A stretch of DNA of 63,289 bases, the filler included, from Octopus bimaculoides (Eukaryota): assembly GCF_001194135.2 (NCBI RefSeq). It is 7 parts of 7 records of this genome, joined end to end, with 100 filler letters (N's around TTAATTAATTAA, not from the genome) between each part and the next. Parts side by side here need not be neighbours in the genome. Positions count along the whole stretch, not along the records: positions 1 to 31,899 come from NC_068984.1; 6 more parts are not named here. One strand, 5' to 3'. Below, piece by piece: positions 1 to 14,900 of the stretch. The notes under the pieces were generated by a model. It was not told where the DNA came from, did not search any database, and saw nothing but the letters and a program-made list of their open reading frames with translations. The translations under genes and the position numbers were made by a program. Every line of letters starts with the position of its first letter. The first letter of the stretch is position 1.

Positions 1-44
<44 letters not shown>

Positions 45-712
45 GCACGAACAAACACACGTACGTTAACTCAAATGAAAGATTTATTCAGATGAATATA
101 TGTGAATTCATATTAATAAAATTAATATGAATATAAATATATGCGAGATGAATTTGACAAGTAAGAAGTTGCGGGAATCTATTCACGATCTTGTATACAT
201 ACACAATTGGAGAAATCTGTAAAACTATATACAAACTTGGATATGTAAAATATGTTTACCTATATAAACACACACACACACACACACACACAAATATACA
301 CACATATAGCAACAAAAATTATTAATACACACACATATGCACCGTTCGTAGACATGTAATACAAATATAAGTTTAGGCAGAGTTATGTACGCATGCGTGC
401 ACGTACATATACATATATAAAGACAAGAAACACACAAAGACAGACACAAGCATAAATATTTCATAGAAAAGCAAATAGTGGAGTGCTACATAAGCTGAAG
501 TATGTGAAAATGATACATTATCTTATGGTTAAAGGAGAAAACAAATAATAAAAAGCAAGCACATAGGTTACAAAATAACGATTTATTTGGTGATGGGGTT
601 GAGATATTGACGTGTTAATGAAAAGATAGTGGTGAAAAGTCAGGAATAAAATGAAGATTCAATGCGTGCGATTAACTATATTTACACTTATATGTTTATA
701 AAATTTGTCATA

Positions 713-1097
713 GGCGCAGGAGTGGCTCTGTGGTAAGTAGCTTGCTTACCAACCACATGGTTCTGGGTTCAGTCCCATTGCGTGGCACCTTGGGCAAGTG
801 TTTTCTACTGTAGCTTCGGTCCGAACAAAGTCTTGTGAGTCGATTTGGTAGACGGAAACTGAAAGAAAGCTCGTCGTATATATATATATATATATNNNNN
901 NNNNNNNNNNNNNNNNNNNNNNNNNNNNNNNNNNNNNNNNNNNNNNNNNNNNNNNNNNNNNNNNNNNNNNNNNNNNNNNNNNNNNNNNNNNNNNNNNNNN
1001 NNNNNNNNNNNNNNNNNNNNNNNNNNNNNNNNNNNNNNNNNNNNNNNNNNNNNNNNNNNNNNNNNNNNNNNNNNNNNNNNNNNNNNNNNNNNNNNNN

Positions 1098-1137
<40 letters not shown>

Positions 1138-1345
1138 TTGTGTGTCTGTGTTTGTCCACCACCCCAACATCGCTTGACAACTGATGCTGGTGTGTTTACG
1201 TCCCCGTAACTTAGCGGTTCGGCAAAAAGACCGATAGAATAAGTACTAGGCTTACAAAGAATAAGTCCTGGGGTCGATTTGCTCGACTAAAGGCGGTGCT
1301 CCAGCATGGCCACAGTCAAATGACTGAAACAAGTTAAACAGTAAA
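713..1345 (+). mobile_element. tRNA-derived SINE family A (CORE-like segment, internal microsatellite)
   Basis: Head GGCGCAGGAGTGGCT..TGGTAAG, then CCTTGGGCAAGTG, an internal (TA)n/(TG)n with a gap, and a 3' half ending GACTGAAACAAG. Many homologous copies in the window. Confidence 0.85.
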
Positions 1346-1409
1346 CAATATATATACATATATATATGCCAAATTTTATAAACATCTAAGTGTAAATATA
1401 GTTAATACG

Positions 1410-1521
1410 TGCAATTCATTGCATGTATTTCAACATACTTTCGATCCTCTCAGTTGCACTCACAAGACTTAGGCCAGCCCTAAACTATAGTAATATATTT
1501 ATTCAGTTATATATATAAGCA

Positions 1522-1559
<38 letters not shown>

Positions 1560-1610
1560 AGTGCAACTGAGAGGATCGAAAGTATGTTGAAATACGTGCA
1601 ATGAATTGCA
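1410..1610. repeat. 55-bp inverted repeat around a (TA)n spacer (MITE-like)
   Basis: 1410-1464 and 1556-1610 are reverse complements with 1 mismatch. Confidence 0.8.
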
Positions 1611-1976
1611 ACTGTAAGTAAAAAGGCCAGCTTCGTTACACAATGCTTTACTAATTCTACTTGGGAATTACGTTAAGGTACACTTTCGTGAGTAGTCATC
1701 ACTATAAACGATAGAAGATCCATTTTATACTATTCATATACATACATACATACATACTGAAGCTATCACTGGAACTGTAGAAATCTGTAAAACTTTGCAG
1801 AAGTTTATCATTCAAGTATATATGAGCATGTCTCGATATGAAAGTATATGCATGGAAAGACATGCCTAAAGCAAAACATACAACTCTGCACACATACTTA
1901 CACACAAACATACATACATACATACATACATACACGCACACATACATACATACGTACGTACACTCATACCCTGTTT

Positions 1977-2192
1977 TTGATGTTGAAATTCCAATGATGG
2001 AACCTTGGATCTAAGTTAGAAACCGGATCTTTCTTTATTGGCAGGAAATCTTGAAATAAAACTGAAAAATGACATACATAGATTCATACAAAATTACTCT
2101 GTTGCTGATGTTGAAATTCCAATGATAGAGCCTTAGATCTAGATTAGAAACCAGGTCTTTCTCTATTGGCAAGAAATCTTGAAATAAAACTT
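1977..2192. repeat. About 87-bp diverged direct repeat
   Basis: TGATGTTGAAATTCCAATGAT...GAAATCTTGAAATAAAACT occurs at about 1977 and 2107. Confidence 0.8.
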
Positions 2193-2197
2193 AATAA

Positions 2198-2312
<115 letters not shown>

Positions 2313-3974
2313 TACATACTTACATAAATACATATATACATGCATACGTATGCTGATTATTCTGAAGGTATTTTAACTACCTTTCTAAGATATACATACA
2401 ATATTTCTCTGTAAAACATGTAGTGAGCGATTCATTTCTCTCTCCACTACTGGTCAATTTATTTAGAAAAATCTATTAGGAAATCTGCTATATATTGCGG
2501 GGCTGAAAGTCCATAGTTGCAAAGTAGCTGAAGAGGTGAACAATTACCTCAATTACTAGTTGCTTCTCGAACGATAACGTATTTACGAATCATAGCAGCA
2601 GCGACCTGGGAGTACTGATGCCCTTTCAATAGTTCATGTGTATGAATTTACTACTACTTCTACTACTACTACTACTACTACTACCTCTGATGCTGCTTCT
2701 GCTGTTGCTATGTATCATTACTACACATACCATTGATAAAAACACAATTTAACCAAAGCAAGGTAAAGTGGAGTGAAACATATCTATCTATCGTATCAGG
2801 TCTTTCTTTCTTTCTGTATTTCTTTCTTTCTTTCGGTATTTCTTTGTACACACACACACAGAACAGACCACATAATTTTTTTCTAATATTTATTAGGATC
2901 ATATATTTATTTCTTTGCTTGGCTATCTTTATATTTGATTGTATTTTGCATCTCCAAGTTTCGATTGTCACTACAATTCAGATAGGATTTTATGAATTTC
3001 AGGATTTATCTCTACGTCTTTGATTTGTAATGTGGAAACAAAAACCAAAAACTAAAAAAGAAAACAAAAGAAAACAAAACAAACGAAAGAAAATACGTAT
3101 AAATGTCAAATCCACAAATAAATATCTAAAGTAACAAAATACATAAAATTAACCATCAAACAGAAAAAAAGTATATAAATAAAATAAATTTTAAAAATCT
3201 CCCCAATAATATTGCAACAACAAATGAAAAGATACAAACACGAAGGCAAAAAATAAATTTCCGAACAAATCGAATCTTTGTTAGAACAAAACTTACTCAT
3301 TGAAGATGTTTTCTTTATAGTTATTTCTATCGCTCATAAATCGTGTTTATTTCTTTCTTTTTATCCATCGTTAATTTATAATTTGTTTATTTATGTATTT
3401 TATTATCGATCAATTTATCAAAATCTTTTATTTTTGTCTCTATTATTTCAGATTTCGATTTGAATTAATTTTGGATTAAATTTCTCTGTGATAATTTTGA
3501 AGGTTGCCGTGACATTAAGGTTATTGGAATAAATCTAAAATTAGAGGGTGAAGCCAATGGCTGGAGTTATAGCAGTAGAACGTTGGACTAAAGGACTTAA
3601 GAGTATTAGAATTTCCCTCCTTGCCGCTACATATTTCTCTCATCTCTTGTAGCTCAAGCGTAAGATGAATTCAGTCCAGCAAGCGAATGTTATACCATTA
3701 TTTATACATACTTACAGTTGCTTCTAATTCTGCCGTAAATCCTGCCACAGTAGGCACTGAACTTCAATGTAATAAACTGAGAAAATAAATACCAGTAATA
3801 TATTGCTGGTTTCGCGTAGGAATCGGGCTTGACCACTGTGACAGAGTATTCCTTCTCCTAGACAGACTGCCAGCCAAGGCTCACGAGTTCTGTCTACCCA
3901 TTTTCGGAATGGCCATTGACTCTTTTAAGTTCCTACGCTCTTTACTGCGGGACAAACAAGAATGCCTAATAATC

Positions 3975-4365
3975 GACGAAAGAGAAAAAGTTGAGAAATA
4001 CTGAGAATTGAGATCGCTAAGATGTGGCAGCTACGAGAGTCGAACATAAAGGTTATCCCAATTGTCATCGGAGCATTGGGTTCAATACTACCCAATGTGA
4101 AAAAAAAAAGCATCTGAAAATCTTAGAAATACCCTACAATCTAGATGTATTGCAAAGGTTGGTATTACTTCGATCTGTACGCATATTGCGTACAATACTG
4201 TCTGTCTAAGGTCCTTGTTGTGATTTGACAAACAGTAAAAACGCCTGGTAGACACAATATCTTCAATCAACAACCTCACGATATTGTATATCGTGCGAAG
4301 TCTATAATAATAACGACGACAACAACAACAACAACAACAACAGCAACAACAACAACAACAACAAC

Positions 4366-4413
<48 letters not shown>

Positions 4414-4440
4414 TATTATTATTATTATCATTATTGAATT
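3975..4440 (+). mobile_element. R4/Dong-like 3' terminal fragment with (AAC)n(AAT)n tail
   Basis: LRIEIAKMWQL...KVIPIVIGALGS...VLQRLVLLRSVRILRTILSV* then UTR and microsatellite tail. Confidence 0.75.
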
Positions 4441-5060
4441 AAAATATAAATCTAAATAAAATCAACTCCTTTGCCTTTCTATATTGTAGTGTATTCTAAC
4501 ACCTTATGTGTGGAAATTCCATGGCTATTTTGAAAACTATGAAATTGTTGGAACTAATAGAAAAATCTAAAGAGGATTATTTCATTTTGAAACAGTATTT
4601 TCTCTGGAATGCTTTGATTCCTTGAGATGGTGTAATGTCAACGTAGCCAACACTAAGAGTTAGTCTTTGGAGAAAACATCATTGAAACGGTATACTTTGC
4701 TATGCACATATCACTTCTTTTAACTTCAAAGGTTTATCTTTACGTCAACGAGTAAACACTATTAGCTATGATGGAACGAAACAGAAGACACGAAATGTCT
4801 ATAAGAATTTTCTACTAGAGTACGTTTGTATCAGTAAAGCTTTGCAAAAGCTTAATATTCTATTCTGCATCTTTACTTTCATATAAAAGAATTTGCATAC
4901 GGATGGTGTTGAAACTCATAGTCACAGTGAGCAAAGTACCATTGAGCTGTGCATAACATATATCTATCTATCTCCCTATCTATCTATCTGTCTGTCTGTC
5001 TGTCTGTACGAGTGTGTGTGTGTGTGCGCTCGTGTATTTATTTATGTATGTATGTTTGTA

Positions 5061-5118
<58 letters not shown>

Positions 5119-5386
5119 GATATATATATTAAACAGGCAGGGCTGTCTTGTTGACAAATTCTTTTTCACAATCACATAGCTTCGGGGTCGGTCACTCAGT
5201 TTCTCTATGGACAAGTGTCTCCATTGTAGCCTTGGATTCACTAATATCTTGTGATGAAACGTTATATCGTTACCTTGTTAGTCCGAAAAACCATACGGAC
5301 GGCCATTGTATATCCTTATGCATGTACATGCTGATGTTTATATAAGTGTATCTATTATGTTTATATCGCAATAAACCTGTATGTTA

Positions 5387-5830
5387 AGGCGGTGAGCTGG
5401 CAGAAACGTTAGCACGCAGGGTGAAATGATTAGCGGTATTTCATCTCTCTTTACGTTCGGAATTCAGATTCCGCCGAGGTCGATTTTGCCTTTCATCCTT
5501 TCGAGGTCAATAAATAAAGTACCAGTTTCATACTGGGGGGTCGATCTAATCGATTGGCCCCCTTCTCCAAAACATTCGGGTCTTGTGCCTAGAGTAGATA
5601 AAAAAAACTTGTTTGTAGTTTTGTTCTAATATATTGCACACTCAAGGTGGCGAGTTGGTAGAATCCTTAGCATTTCATCCGTCTTTATGTTCTGAGTTCA
5701 AATTCCGCCGAGGTCGACATTGCTTTTCATCCTTTCGAGCTTGATGAAATCAGTACCAGTTGAAAACTGGGGTCGATGTGATCGAGTTACCTCCTCCCCA
5801 AATTGCTGGCCTTGTGCCAAAATTTGAAAC
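5387..5830 (+). mobile_element. Two tandem SINE family B copies (GGCGGCGAGCTGGCAGAA head, Meta-like CTTTCATCCTTTCG.GGTCGATAAA domain)
   Basis: Copies at about 5387-5600 and 5646-5830. Superfamily name is from memory. Confidence 0.8.
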
Positions 5831-6388
5831 CAGTATATTGAACACCCTGTATTGTATTGAATAATTAAATTTTTGTTCATACAGATCACACATTCACATG
5901 CATGCACAGGCTCACATATATGCACTTTTCTGAGACAACTATGCATATGATAGTTAAAGAGTGCATTCCCTATCGATTTGAAAGGTGAACACTCATGCGT
6001 TTGACCAAGCGTTTCTGCCTTGTGGAATTAGCGTCTTATTGGCTGACTATGCATTGATGCATTGATACATGTTTCTTAATGCAATTCTCGGATAGAATTA
6101 GCGTAACGCAATGTGTAGAAGCTAGAAAGAGAGAAAGAGAGAAAGAAAGAAAGAGAGAGAGAGAGAGTGAAAGAGTGAGTTTGGGTTACCACTGTTGGAC
6201 TGGTGTGGTTCTGAAGTGTATCAAACAAATCCTCTCAAGACCATTAAGTCGTCTTGAAAGTATGAAATAAATTGGACTCGGTGGAATTTGAAATTAACAT
6301 ACAGAACGATGGAAAGAACGGAACAAATACCACAAGGAACTTCTCATTCAACTCACTAACCAATTTTCCAAAGCTCCGGCTTGTTTTC

Positions 6389-6444
<56 letters not shown>

Positions 6445-6632
6445 ATGTTTAGNNNNNNNNNNNNNNNNNNNNNNNNNNNNNNNNNNNNNNNNNNNNNNNN
6501 NNNNNNNNNNNNNNNNNNNNNNNNNNNNNNNNNNNNNNNNNNNNNNNNNNNNNNNNNNNNNNNNNNNNNNNNNNNNNNNNNNNNNNNNNNNNNNNNNNNN
6601 NGTATACGTATATATTTACATACAGACATACA

Positions 6633-6713
<81 letters not shown>

Positions 6714-9700
6714 ATGTTTAGTAGGTAGTCAGTCGTAACATGACTGTTTAAGTTGTATTTAACTTTTTTCTCCCTTTCACTCTCTCAATACTCTCCCTTA
6801 TCCATCCACTCCTTCAATCTTTCGCCTCCCTCCCTCCCGCACTCATTCTCCTCCTTACATACCCACACACTGACAGCTGATACACGTTTAGTATGTAATT
6901 GATGTTAAGTTGAAATGGCTTTTCCTGGGTCATCAATAGAAAGATAGATCTCCATGCATCAACGCTGGACTTCTAAGAGGGTTAGCTTGTATGAATTTCA
7001 CTACAGTTTTGCTGTAAAACTCATGAAAGAATAGAAGATCAAAGCCTACGCTGTTTCCATATGAGCTGTCACTTAAATTTCATGATTCAGAAATTCTAAG
7101 TTTATAAACAGTTATATGTCTAATACTATTTCGTACTTTCACCTTCATAGCTATTTTCTTTATTTATTTGAACTAAAGTCTTTTTATCATCAAAATAAAT
7201 AATAATCAGTCTATAAAGTTAATGCTATGATGGAAAGAAATGCCAGCAACCAGGATTTAGTGAGCTACATTTATCTGAAAATAACAGTTACAAGTTAATG
7301 AAGACAGATGATGTTAAAGCAATATTACACTCGAAGATGGCACCTGAACAGCATAGAAAGTAACAGCAGACAGAGCATAACGAATTCGCTATTAAAAGAA
7401 GTAATTACTAATCGAAGGTGGGTCATCAAGTTAAATCTGAGACACGCCAATAAGATACCAGGCTACTGGCTAAAAAAAACCCGACAATTCTCGTGATCTG
7501 CCAATGCTGTACTGTGTTCATAAAGATATTTCACTCAATTCTACGACGAAATGTTATGCAAGTTGACCGTTCTAAGAACCCTCAGGCTTCTTAGAATGGT
7601 TAGCAGATGTATCCTTAGCTTGTTTCAAACAGCTCGAATCCTGTCTCTTTGTAGATAACTCGAAATCAACCTAGTGTTTTTATCATTCCATTTGAACATA
7701 TCATTTCACATACATTGGAATTTCATTTGTCTTCCAACGATTGAATTGTACGTGGTAAAATTACTTATTCATAATCAAATCCATAACATCCACTTGAGCG
7801 GTACCTCTCCAGTTTGCGTATGCGCATGTGTACATTGAACAATGTACAAGATATTTCTTTAATATTTCAATATTTACTCAAGTATAAAACAGATATCAAA
7901 TTTATAAATATCATAAAAATAGCTGTGAAGAGTCGATCATAACAAAACCTATAATTTCTTTCTATTTTGTTGTACAAAGATTTATTAAACAGAAAAATAA
8001 TTTACATGTTTATATGCATGATAGGGAGAAAATTCTAGGATTTAATGAGTGTATGGGATATAGGTAAAACACGTACTATATATTGGCTAAGATTCAAAAC
8101 AACCTCCATATCAAGTGTGTGTTTGCATAAATATTCCAATGGGAAGTTTGTACTTTAGTTTAAGGTAACTAATACAGGAATCTTTATATTAAGAGTTTTA
8201 TGGTTTACATCATACTGCTTTCGTATTTATACTTTCTCTGGTCTGAGTATTCTCATCTATCGTGTATCGCTTTGTTCAAAAAGGAAACCCACGTATTCGC
8301 CGTCTGATTCTACATTAATCAGCGATATAATATGAAAAAAATAGAATTGAAATTAATTTGGAGTGATCAACCTAGACAAATATTGTACAGTGAACTTTGT
8401 GATTATATAAATTTGTATCAGGTCGGACATGAGGAATATGACGTTTAAGGGGAGACCCTTCATCTGAGGAGAAAGAAATTTCAATGAAGAGGCTTAGATG
8501 GCAATTAAGATATATAAATAAGAGAATGTAAGGAGATGCAGGTAAATAATGTATGAATTAAATGTTGCTAAAGGGAAAAAGCAATTAATAAATTAATTAT
8601 TTGTAATGTCAACACAAAGGTTAGTGTCTTTGTCTGTGTATGTATACATGAGTTTGTGGTTGAGTGTGTGCGTGTAAATGTATGTATATGAGTGGTGTGT
8701 ACGCTTGTATATGTTTCTCCGTGCATGTGTTTGTGTGTATGCATGTACATGAGCGCATGTTTGGGTGTCCACTATAAATACAAGGAAATGGGTTTGTAGC
8801 TAGAAATCGTCGGACGTAGCTGATCAATGCTTGTTTGTATAGGCGTGTGTGATTATGTGTATGCGGCTATGTATCTATGTGTGTGCCAGTATCTGTATGC
8901 TAGAATGTGTGTGTGTGTGTTTGTGCGCGCACCTGCATGTGTATGCGCGCGGGTGGTGTTGCTCGTGTAGGAACGACGAAAATGATCGCACGTTTGTGCA
9001 TGAAAGTATATAAGCATAAAGTACCAAGTCTGCGTATGGAAATACCGAAGACATTTCTATGAGTGTGGAACTATAAAACCGGTGTGTCGAATATACCAAA
9101 TATATAATGTATTTTGTCTATTATTTAATGAAGGGTGCTATACTTTTATTAAAAATTAGTTCAAATTTCATTTTGTTATTTAAATGAAATGTAAATTTTA
9201 CTATTGAGTTTTGAATCAATAAGAATAGAGAGAAAATTACAAAGGAGCAGCTGATGAAAAAAATAACTGTACATTTTGTTGGTTCGTCCACCGACTCAGT
9301 CACTCACAGTCCACTGTGCATTCATATTTTAATTAGAATGCTCCAAACCACCAAAATATTCTGGGTAATGCAGGAATGCCACAAATTCTGAAAATCACCG
9401 TTGCCGACGAATTCAGACTTCACAAACAATTGCGGATAATTCTACACACACACACANNNNNNNNNNNNNNNNNNNNNNNNNNNNNNNNNNNNNNNNNNNN
9501 NNNNNNNNNNNNNNNNNNNNNNNNNNNNNNNNNNNNNNNNNNNNNNNNNNNNNNNNNNNNNNNNNNNNNNNNNNNNNNNNNNNNNNNNNNNNNNNNNNNN
9601 NNNNNNNNNNNNNNNNNNNNNNNNNNNNNNNNNNNNNNNNNNNNNNNNNNNNNNNNNNNNNNNNNNNNNNNNNNNNNNNNNNNNNNNNNNNNNNNNNNNN

Positions 9701-9898
9701 NNNNNNNNNNNNNNNNNNNNNNNNNNNNNNNNNNNNNNNNNNNNNNNNNNNNNNNNNNNNNNNNNNNNNNNNNNNNNNNNNNNNNNNNNNNNNNNNNNNN
9801 NNNNNNNNNNNNNNNNNNNNNNNNNNNNNNNNNNNNNNNNNNNNNNNNNNATGCATACGTTTATATCTATGTGTTCGCGTGCGCGTGTGTGTACACAG

Positions 9899-9940
<42 letters not shown>

Positions 9941-10170
9941 TTATATGTATATATATACACACCAATGTATGTACATATAGAAAAAGATATACACAGTGTT
10001 ATCTTATTTTGCATATCGACAGACTCGGTTTTAGCATAAAGATATATTTTCCTTTGTTGCATAGAGATGTGATATTATACAAAAGTTTTCCGCATTGAAC
10101 ACTGAGAGACAAAACAGATATACATGTAAGAGATAAGAAAGTAATAATAATAATACTCATAATAGGAAAA

Positions 10171-10212
<42 letters not shown>

Positions 10213-11149
10213 TTTCTTTTATTTCCCTCAGTGCCTAAATGTGATGCAAAACGTATCACACCAAGTGTGTGGGTGAGCACATTTACAACGAACAGAGTAA
10301 ATTAAAGTTGAAGCGGAAGACACTACAGAGAAGAATATTACAAATTTACTAAAACTTTTAAGGGAAACTACAATTACTAAGAGGCTGGAAGACACCATCC
10401 GTTTAGGGCAAGAATAGGCAACTGTTTTCCGAGAAGCGAACCGCATGAAACATGGCTGAACGTCACTGCTAAAAGACTCATGGTAACTTTTCATTATGGT
10501 TGCCGCCGCTTGTCCATGATGGATTTAAAGTCAAGGCAGCCTGCGGCCTCTGAGCTTTGTGTATTTTTGACCAAAATTCGAAATAGCCCACATCCTCTTG
10601 AGAGCATCTGAAGTGTAAAGGCTCCTAGTTTAGACACTATGTTATCTCCGAGGAATTCTATAAAAAAACACTTATATGGTTTTCTGTAAATTTGGTGATT
10701 GTGGCATTCGTCCATTTTCTATATTTCGTTCATCGTATGCGTCCTTGTATCTTCTTCTTTCATTCTACTGCAAGTCCGCTAGGCTCTTGTAAAAACAAAG
10801 AAACTTGCTTATAATTCCTTAACGTCACGCAATGTACTGAGGTGGATTTCAATTTCTGAGGGACTTCCAGCTTCCTATTTGACTTTTGTGCACATTCGTT
10901 TCTTTTCTTACTGTCCCCTGATTCTCATTTCCGTGTTTTAGCCCTCTTCCGATCGCTGCAGTGGCGAGACGATGGCATGGAACTATTGCTCGGAGACATT
11001 GGATACCTTTGTACTGGAGAAATAAATCTCTCTTCCTCCAGGTTCTCAATATTCTCCTTCGTGAGCAGCCTACGATACTAAGAAACGACAAGCGATGGCA
11101 TCAGCCATAGTTTTCGTCTACAGGAAAGACTAATCGAACTCTTAGAGTG

Positions 11150-11520
11150 TGTTTGTGTGTGTGTGTGCGTTTGTGTCTTTCTGTTTCTGTTTGTACCACC
11201 ACCACCACCGCTTGACAACCGGTGTTGGTATGTTTATGTCCCCGTAACTTAACAGGTCGACAAAGAGGCCGATAAAATAAGTAGTAGGCTTTAAAAAATA
11301 AGTCATGAGGTCGAACTATTCGACAAAAACACTTCAAGGCGGTGCTCCAGCCTGGCTGCAGTCAAATGACTGAAAAAAATAGATGAATGAAAGAATATTC
11401 TCTTGTATTCGAACTTAAACGCCCTTAACCTTTTATGGCTCTTCTACTATAGCTCTGGGCCAACTAAAGCTTTGTGAGTGGATTTCTATACGGAAACTGA
11501 AAGAAGCCCGTCGTATATGT
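11150..11520 (+). mobile_element. SINE family A fragments (3' half, then a piece of the 5' half)
   Basis: GCTTGACAACC...CCCCGTAACTT...AAGGCGGTGCTCCAGC; another fragment at about 12150-12290. Confidence 0.7.
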
Positions 11521-11598
11521 GCCTGGTGTACTGTTATTAGCCGTGTAATCATGATGGGTATATTGGGCATTGTATATTTTACTCCTGTGTCACGTAGA

Positions 11599-11641
<43 letters not shown>

Positions 11642-13303
11642 AACACGTAGTAAATAACTAACTCGCTTTGTGATCATGAGTGCACCAAACCTCGCGTATG
11701 CGTATGCTCACATTTTTGCTGATGCTTGTATGAGCGAGTGTACTCGTGCCATGCAGCTTTCTCGAGGGCCTTTATGCATCCATATCTGTTAACAATTATT
11801 TTCAATACTTTTCTCGCTGGATTACGTTTTCGTTTCTACTTTTGTCATGTGAAATTTTATTTTTGATCTTCTATATATAAGATTTTTCCTCCGTCTGTCT
11901 TTCTCTCCGTGCAAAACGGAAAGTTACCTTGTGGAACAGTCATTTTAACGAGTTGTTTTTATTTATTTATCACCCGACGAGATACATCTGCACCACCGGA
12001 TGCTCCTGAACCAGTTGTTGAGTGTCCCATCCATGAGGAATCGATGCTAGATGTGTCGAAACAATTGTCATGATTAATAATAAATTCTCGTATATTCCAT
12101 CTGCTGTCTTTCATTTGTTATATATGTATATCTGTGTGTGTCTGTGTGTGTGTGTGTGATAGAATAATAACAAGTTTTAAAAAATAAGCCCTGGGTTAGA
12201 TACATTCGATTAAGAATTCTTCAAGGCGGTACCCTAGTATGGCCTCAGTCTAATGACTGAAACAAGTAATAGGTCATAGATAAAAGATACGATCTTGAAA
12301 GGTTGCAAATCAAAATAGACATTATAAGGAATGTCAACAATCTATCCGCTCTGGAAAACCTCATTTTCTTGGAAAGTTTTACTTTTTAGGTAAGACCTTT
12401 TGTGAAGGCATATCAGTTAACATGAAACACATGCGCACGCGCACACAATAACTGATATTTTTTATGCAAACTGTGCAATGAAATAATAACAATAACAGTG
12501 ATGATGATGTTGATCGTGATGATGACGATGATGATGCACACAATAGAGGAAGCCATAATGTGCTGAAGAAAAAGATAAGGACTAAACTTATATTGATATG
12601 AAAATTCCAATAGCAAATTCTACTAGAGCTACGAATATAATTATATCAACACAAGCACATTAATTTGGAATAACTGCATCTTACACAACGCTTGTACACA
12701 TATACACACATCTATACACATAAACACAGGCATTACACACACATATGCATAAATACATGTGGACACATGCGTATGTTAATACATGTGTTACACGAATACA
12801 TTCACATACATGAGGAAATCTGTACATGTGCACATAAATTACTACACCCACTCACATGTAAAACGGTGAATTCACTAAGACACCTTCATGTAGCAAGCAT
12901 AACCATACATCTATATACACTCACAAATATTTATATATTAACATTAGCGTAAATATATCTACATATATGCAAATATNNNNNNNNNNNNNNNNNNNNNNNN
13001 NNNNNNNNNNNNNNNNNNNNNNNNNNNNNNNNNNNNNNNNNNNNNNNNNNNNNNNNNNNNNNNNNNNNNNNNNNNNNNNNNNNNNNNNNNNNNNNNNNNN
13101 NNNNNNNNNNNNNNNNNNNNNNNNNNNNNNNNNNNNNATACATACATACATACATACATATGCAAATGATAGACAGAGAGTGTTTAAAAAATCATTCCAA
13201 TTGAATGGTGTACATCACCGAAATGAAGTTCAGAACTGCAGTAGACTTACCTGCAAAAGAGAAGAAAATAAAGAATTAAGGAAATGCAATTCATATACAG
13301 AAA

Positions 13304-13365
<62 letters not shown>

Positions 13366-14099
13366 AGTTTGTCTGTGTCTGTCTGTATGTATATATAGGT
13401 GAGTAAGTATTTGTGTGCCTGACTGCGTGTATGTGCGCATGTAAAATGTGAGATCAAGAAATATCTAAAAGAAGGAATATATTTTAAAAAGTTTTATAAG
13501 TATAGTACTAGCCTAGAATAGGTTAACGTTTCGTACGTTAGTCCTTCTTCCGTAAGAGAAGTAGAGGTAGGGAATAATAGCGAGAATGTAAAATGTATAA
13601 AAATGTAAAAAAAAAAAATAAGATAAAAAATTAAAACACGACGAAACAAATTACTAAAAGGAGGAGGGAAGGAGCATTGTGAAGATCATGTGATGGACAC
13701 CGCAAGGAATTCTGGTATTCTAACTCTTCATAGGCAGATTTAAGAAGACAGTAGGTGCGAGCGTCTAGATGTATGACACAGATTGTTTCTATGTTGAGAA
13801 GCAGGTATGAAAGAGAGAACAGTGTAAGCATGTGTGCTGGTCGTGTATATATGTTTGTATACGTGTAGGAAGGAGGGAATATAGCATCATAAAGTAGTGG
13901 CTATACGCAAGGATATCAGTGTGTGTTTAAGGAGTAGAGTGAAAGAGTTTATGCAACGCTGTGAGGACGTGTGCGCATGGATGTCTTTGTGAATACAGAT
14001 GTCGCGGAAACAATATAGAATGGTACATGCAACTGTAAAACTGTAAAATACAAAACAGAAACACACTACATTGAGAGACTAACCTCAAATGACAACATA

Positions 14100-14900
14100 A
14101 CAGAGACAAAAATCAATATAAAAATAAAATCACTAAAGACACTGAAGGAGAAATGGAGAGAAAAATCACACCATCGCTAATACCCTGCAAGGCTTGTCAG
14201 AGAGGAAGTGAGCCTCAGTAAAAGTCAACACTGGCTAAAAAGTTCTGGACTAAAAGCTGAAACAGAAGCAATGATTCTCGCTGCAAAGGACCAATGCCTG
14301 ACTGCAAGTAATTATAGAATCAAAATAATGAAAACAGGCCCCAACACCAAATGCAGAATGTATAACTAGCACAATGAGACAGTTGACAACCTCATCTAGG
14401 GCTGCCCAGTCCTTGCTAAGTCTGAATGTATTTACAGAAACGACAAAGTAAGCAGTTATATCCAATGCTATAGAGCTGCTGTTATAAATATAACAGGTGG
14501 TATAAACATGTGCCAAATAAGGTCCAAGACAACGGCCAGTCCACAATCATCTGGGATACGCCGGTCACAAGCCAACAAAGGAATAAAGGCTAAACTCCCG
14601 ACATGATAATCAAGTATTGGGGAAAAGACATCTGCTTACTAATAGACATTGCAGTCCCTTCTGATTAAGATATTGTCAAAAAAGAAGTGCAGAAATTGTC
14701 CAGGTACAAAGATTTTGAAACTGAAGTATTCAAGATGTGGGGTATAAAGGTGAAAACAACACCTATAATAACTGCAACATTGGACATGATAAAAAACATG
14801 AACAAAAACGTATAAGCCATACCTGGATCCTCAACACTACACACTATCCAAAACATATCCCTGCTAGGGAGAGCCCACATTCTATGCAAGACTCTACCAA
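14100..14900 (+). mobile_element. Degenerate R4/Dong-like 3' fragment (zinc knuckle and REL region)
   Basis: With stops and frameshifts: WLKSSGLKAETEAMILAAKDQCL, KCRM...ETVDNLI.GCPVLAK, IIWDTP, IDIAVPSD, KLSRYKDFETEV. Confidence 0.75.

Noticed and set aside
13520-13560. Other hammerhead-like words (reverse CGGAAGAAGG...CGAAACGTT; also CTGATGAAGGGTCG at 42661-42675 and CTGAGGACTGGTGAAA at 58442)
   Set aside because: Core mutated, or stems II/I cannot form; at best degenerate remnants.
14490-14530. Minus-strand SWTLFGTCL resembling DLEC1 SWVDFGTCF
   Set aside because: Lies antisense within the R4/Dong remnant, hits a stop quickly and has no splice sites.
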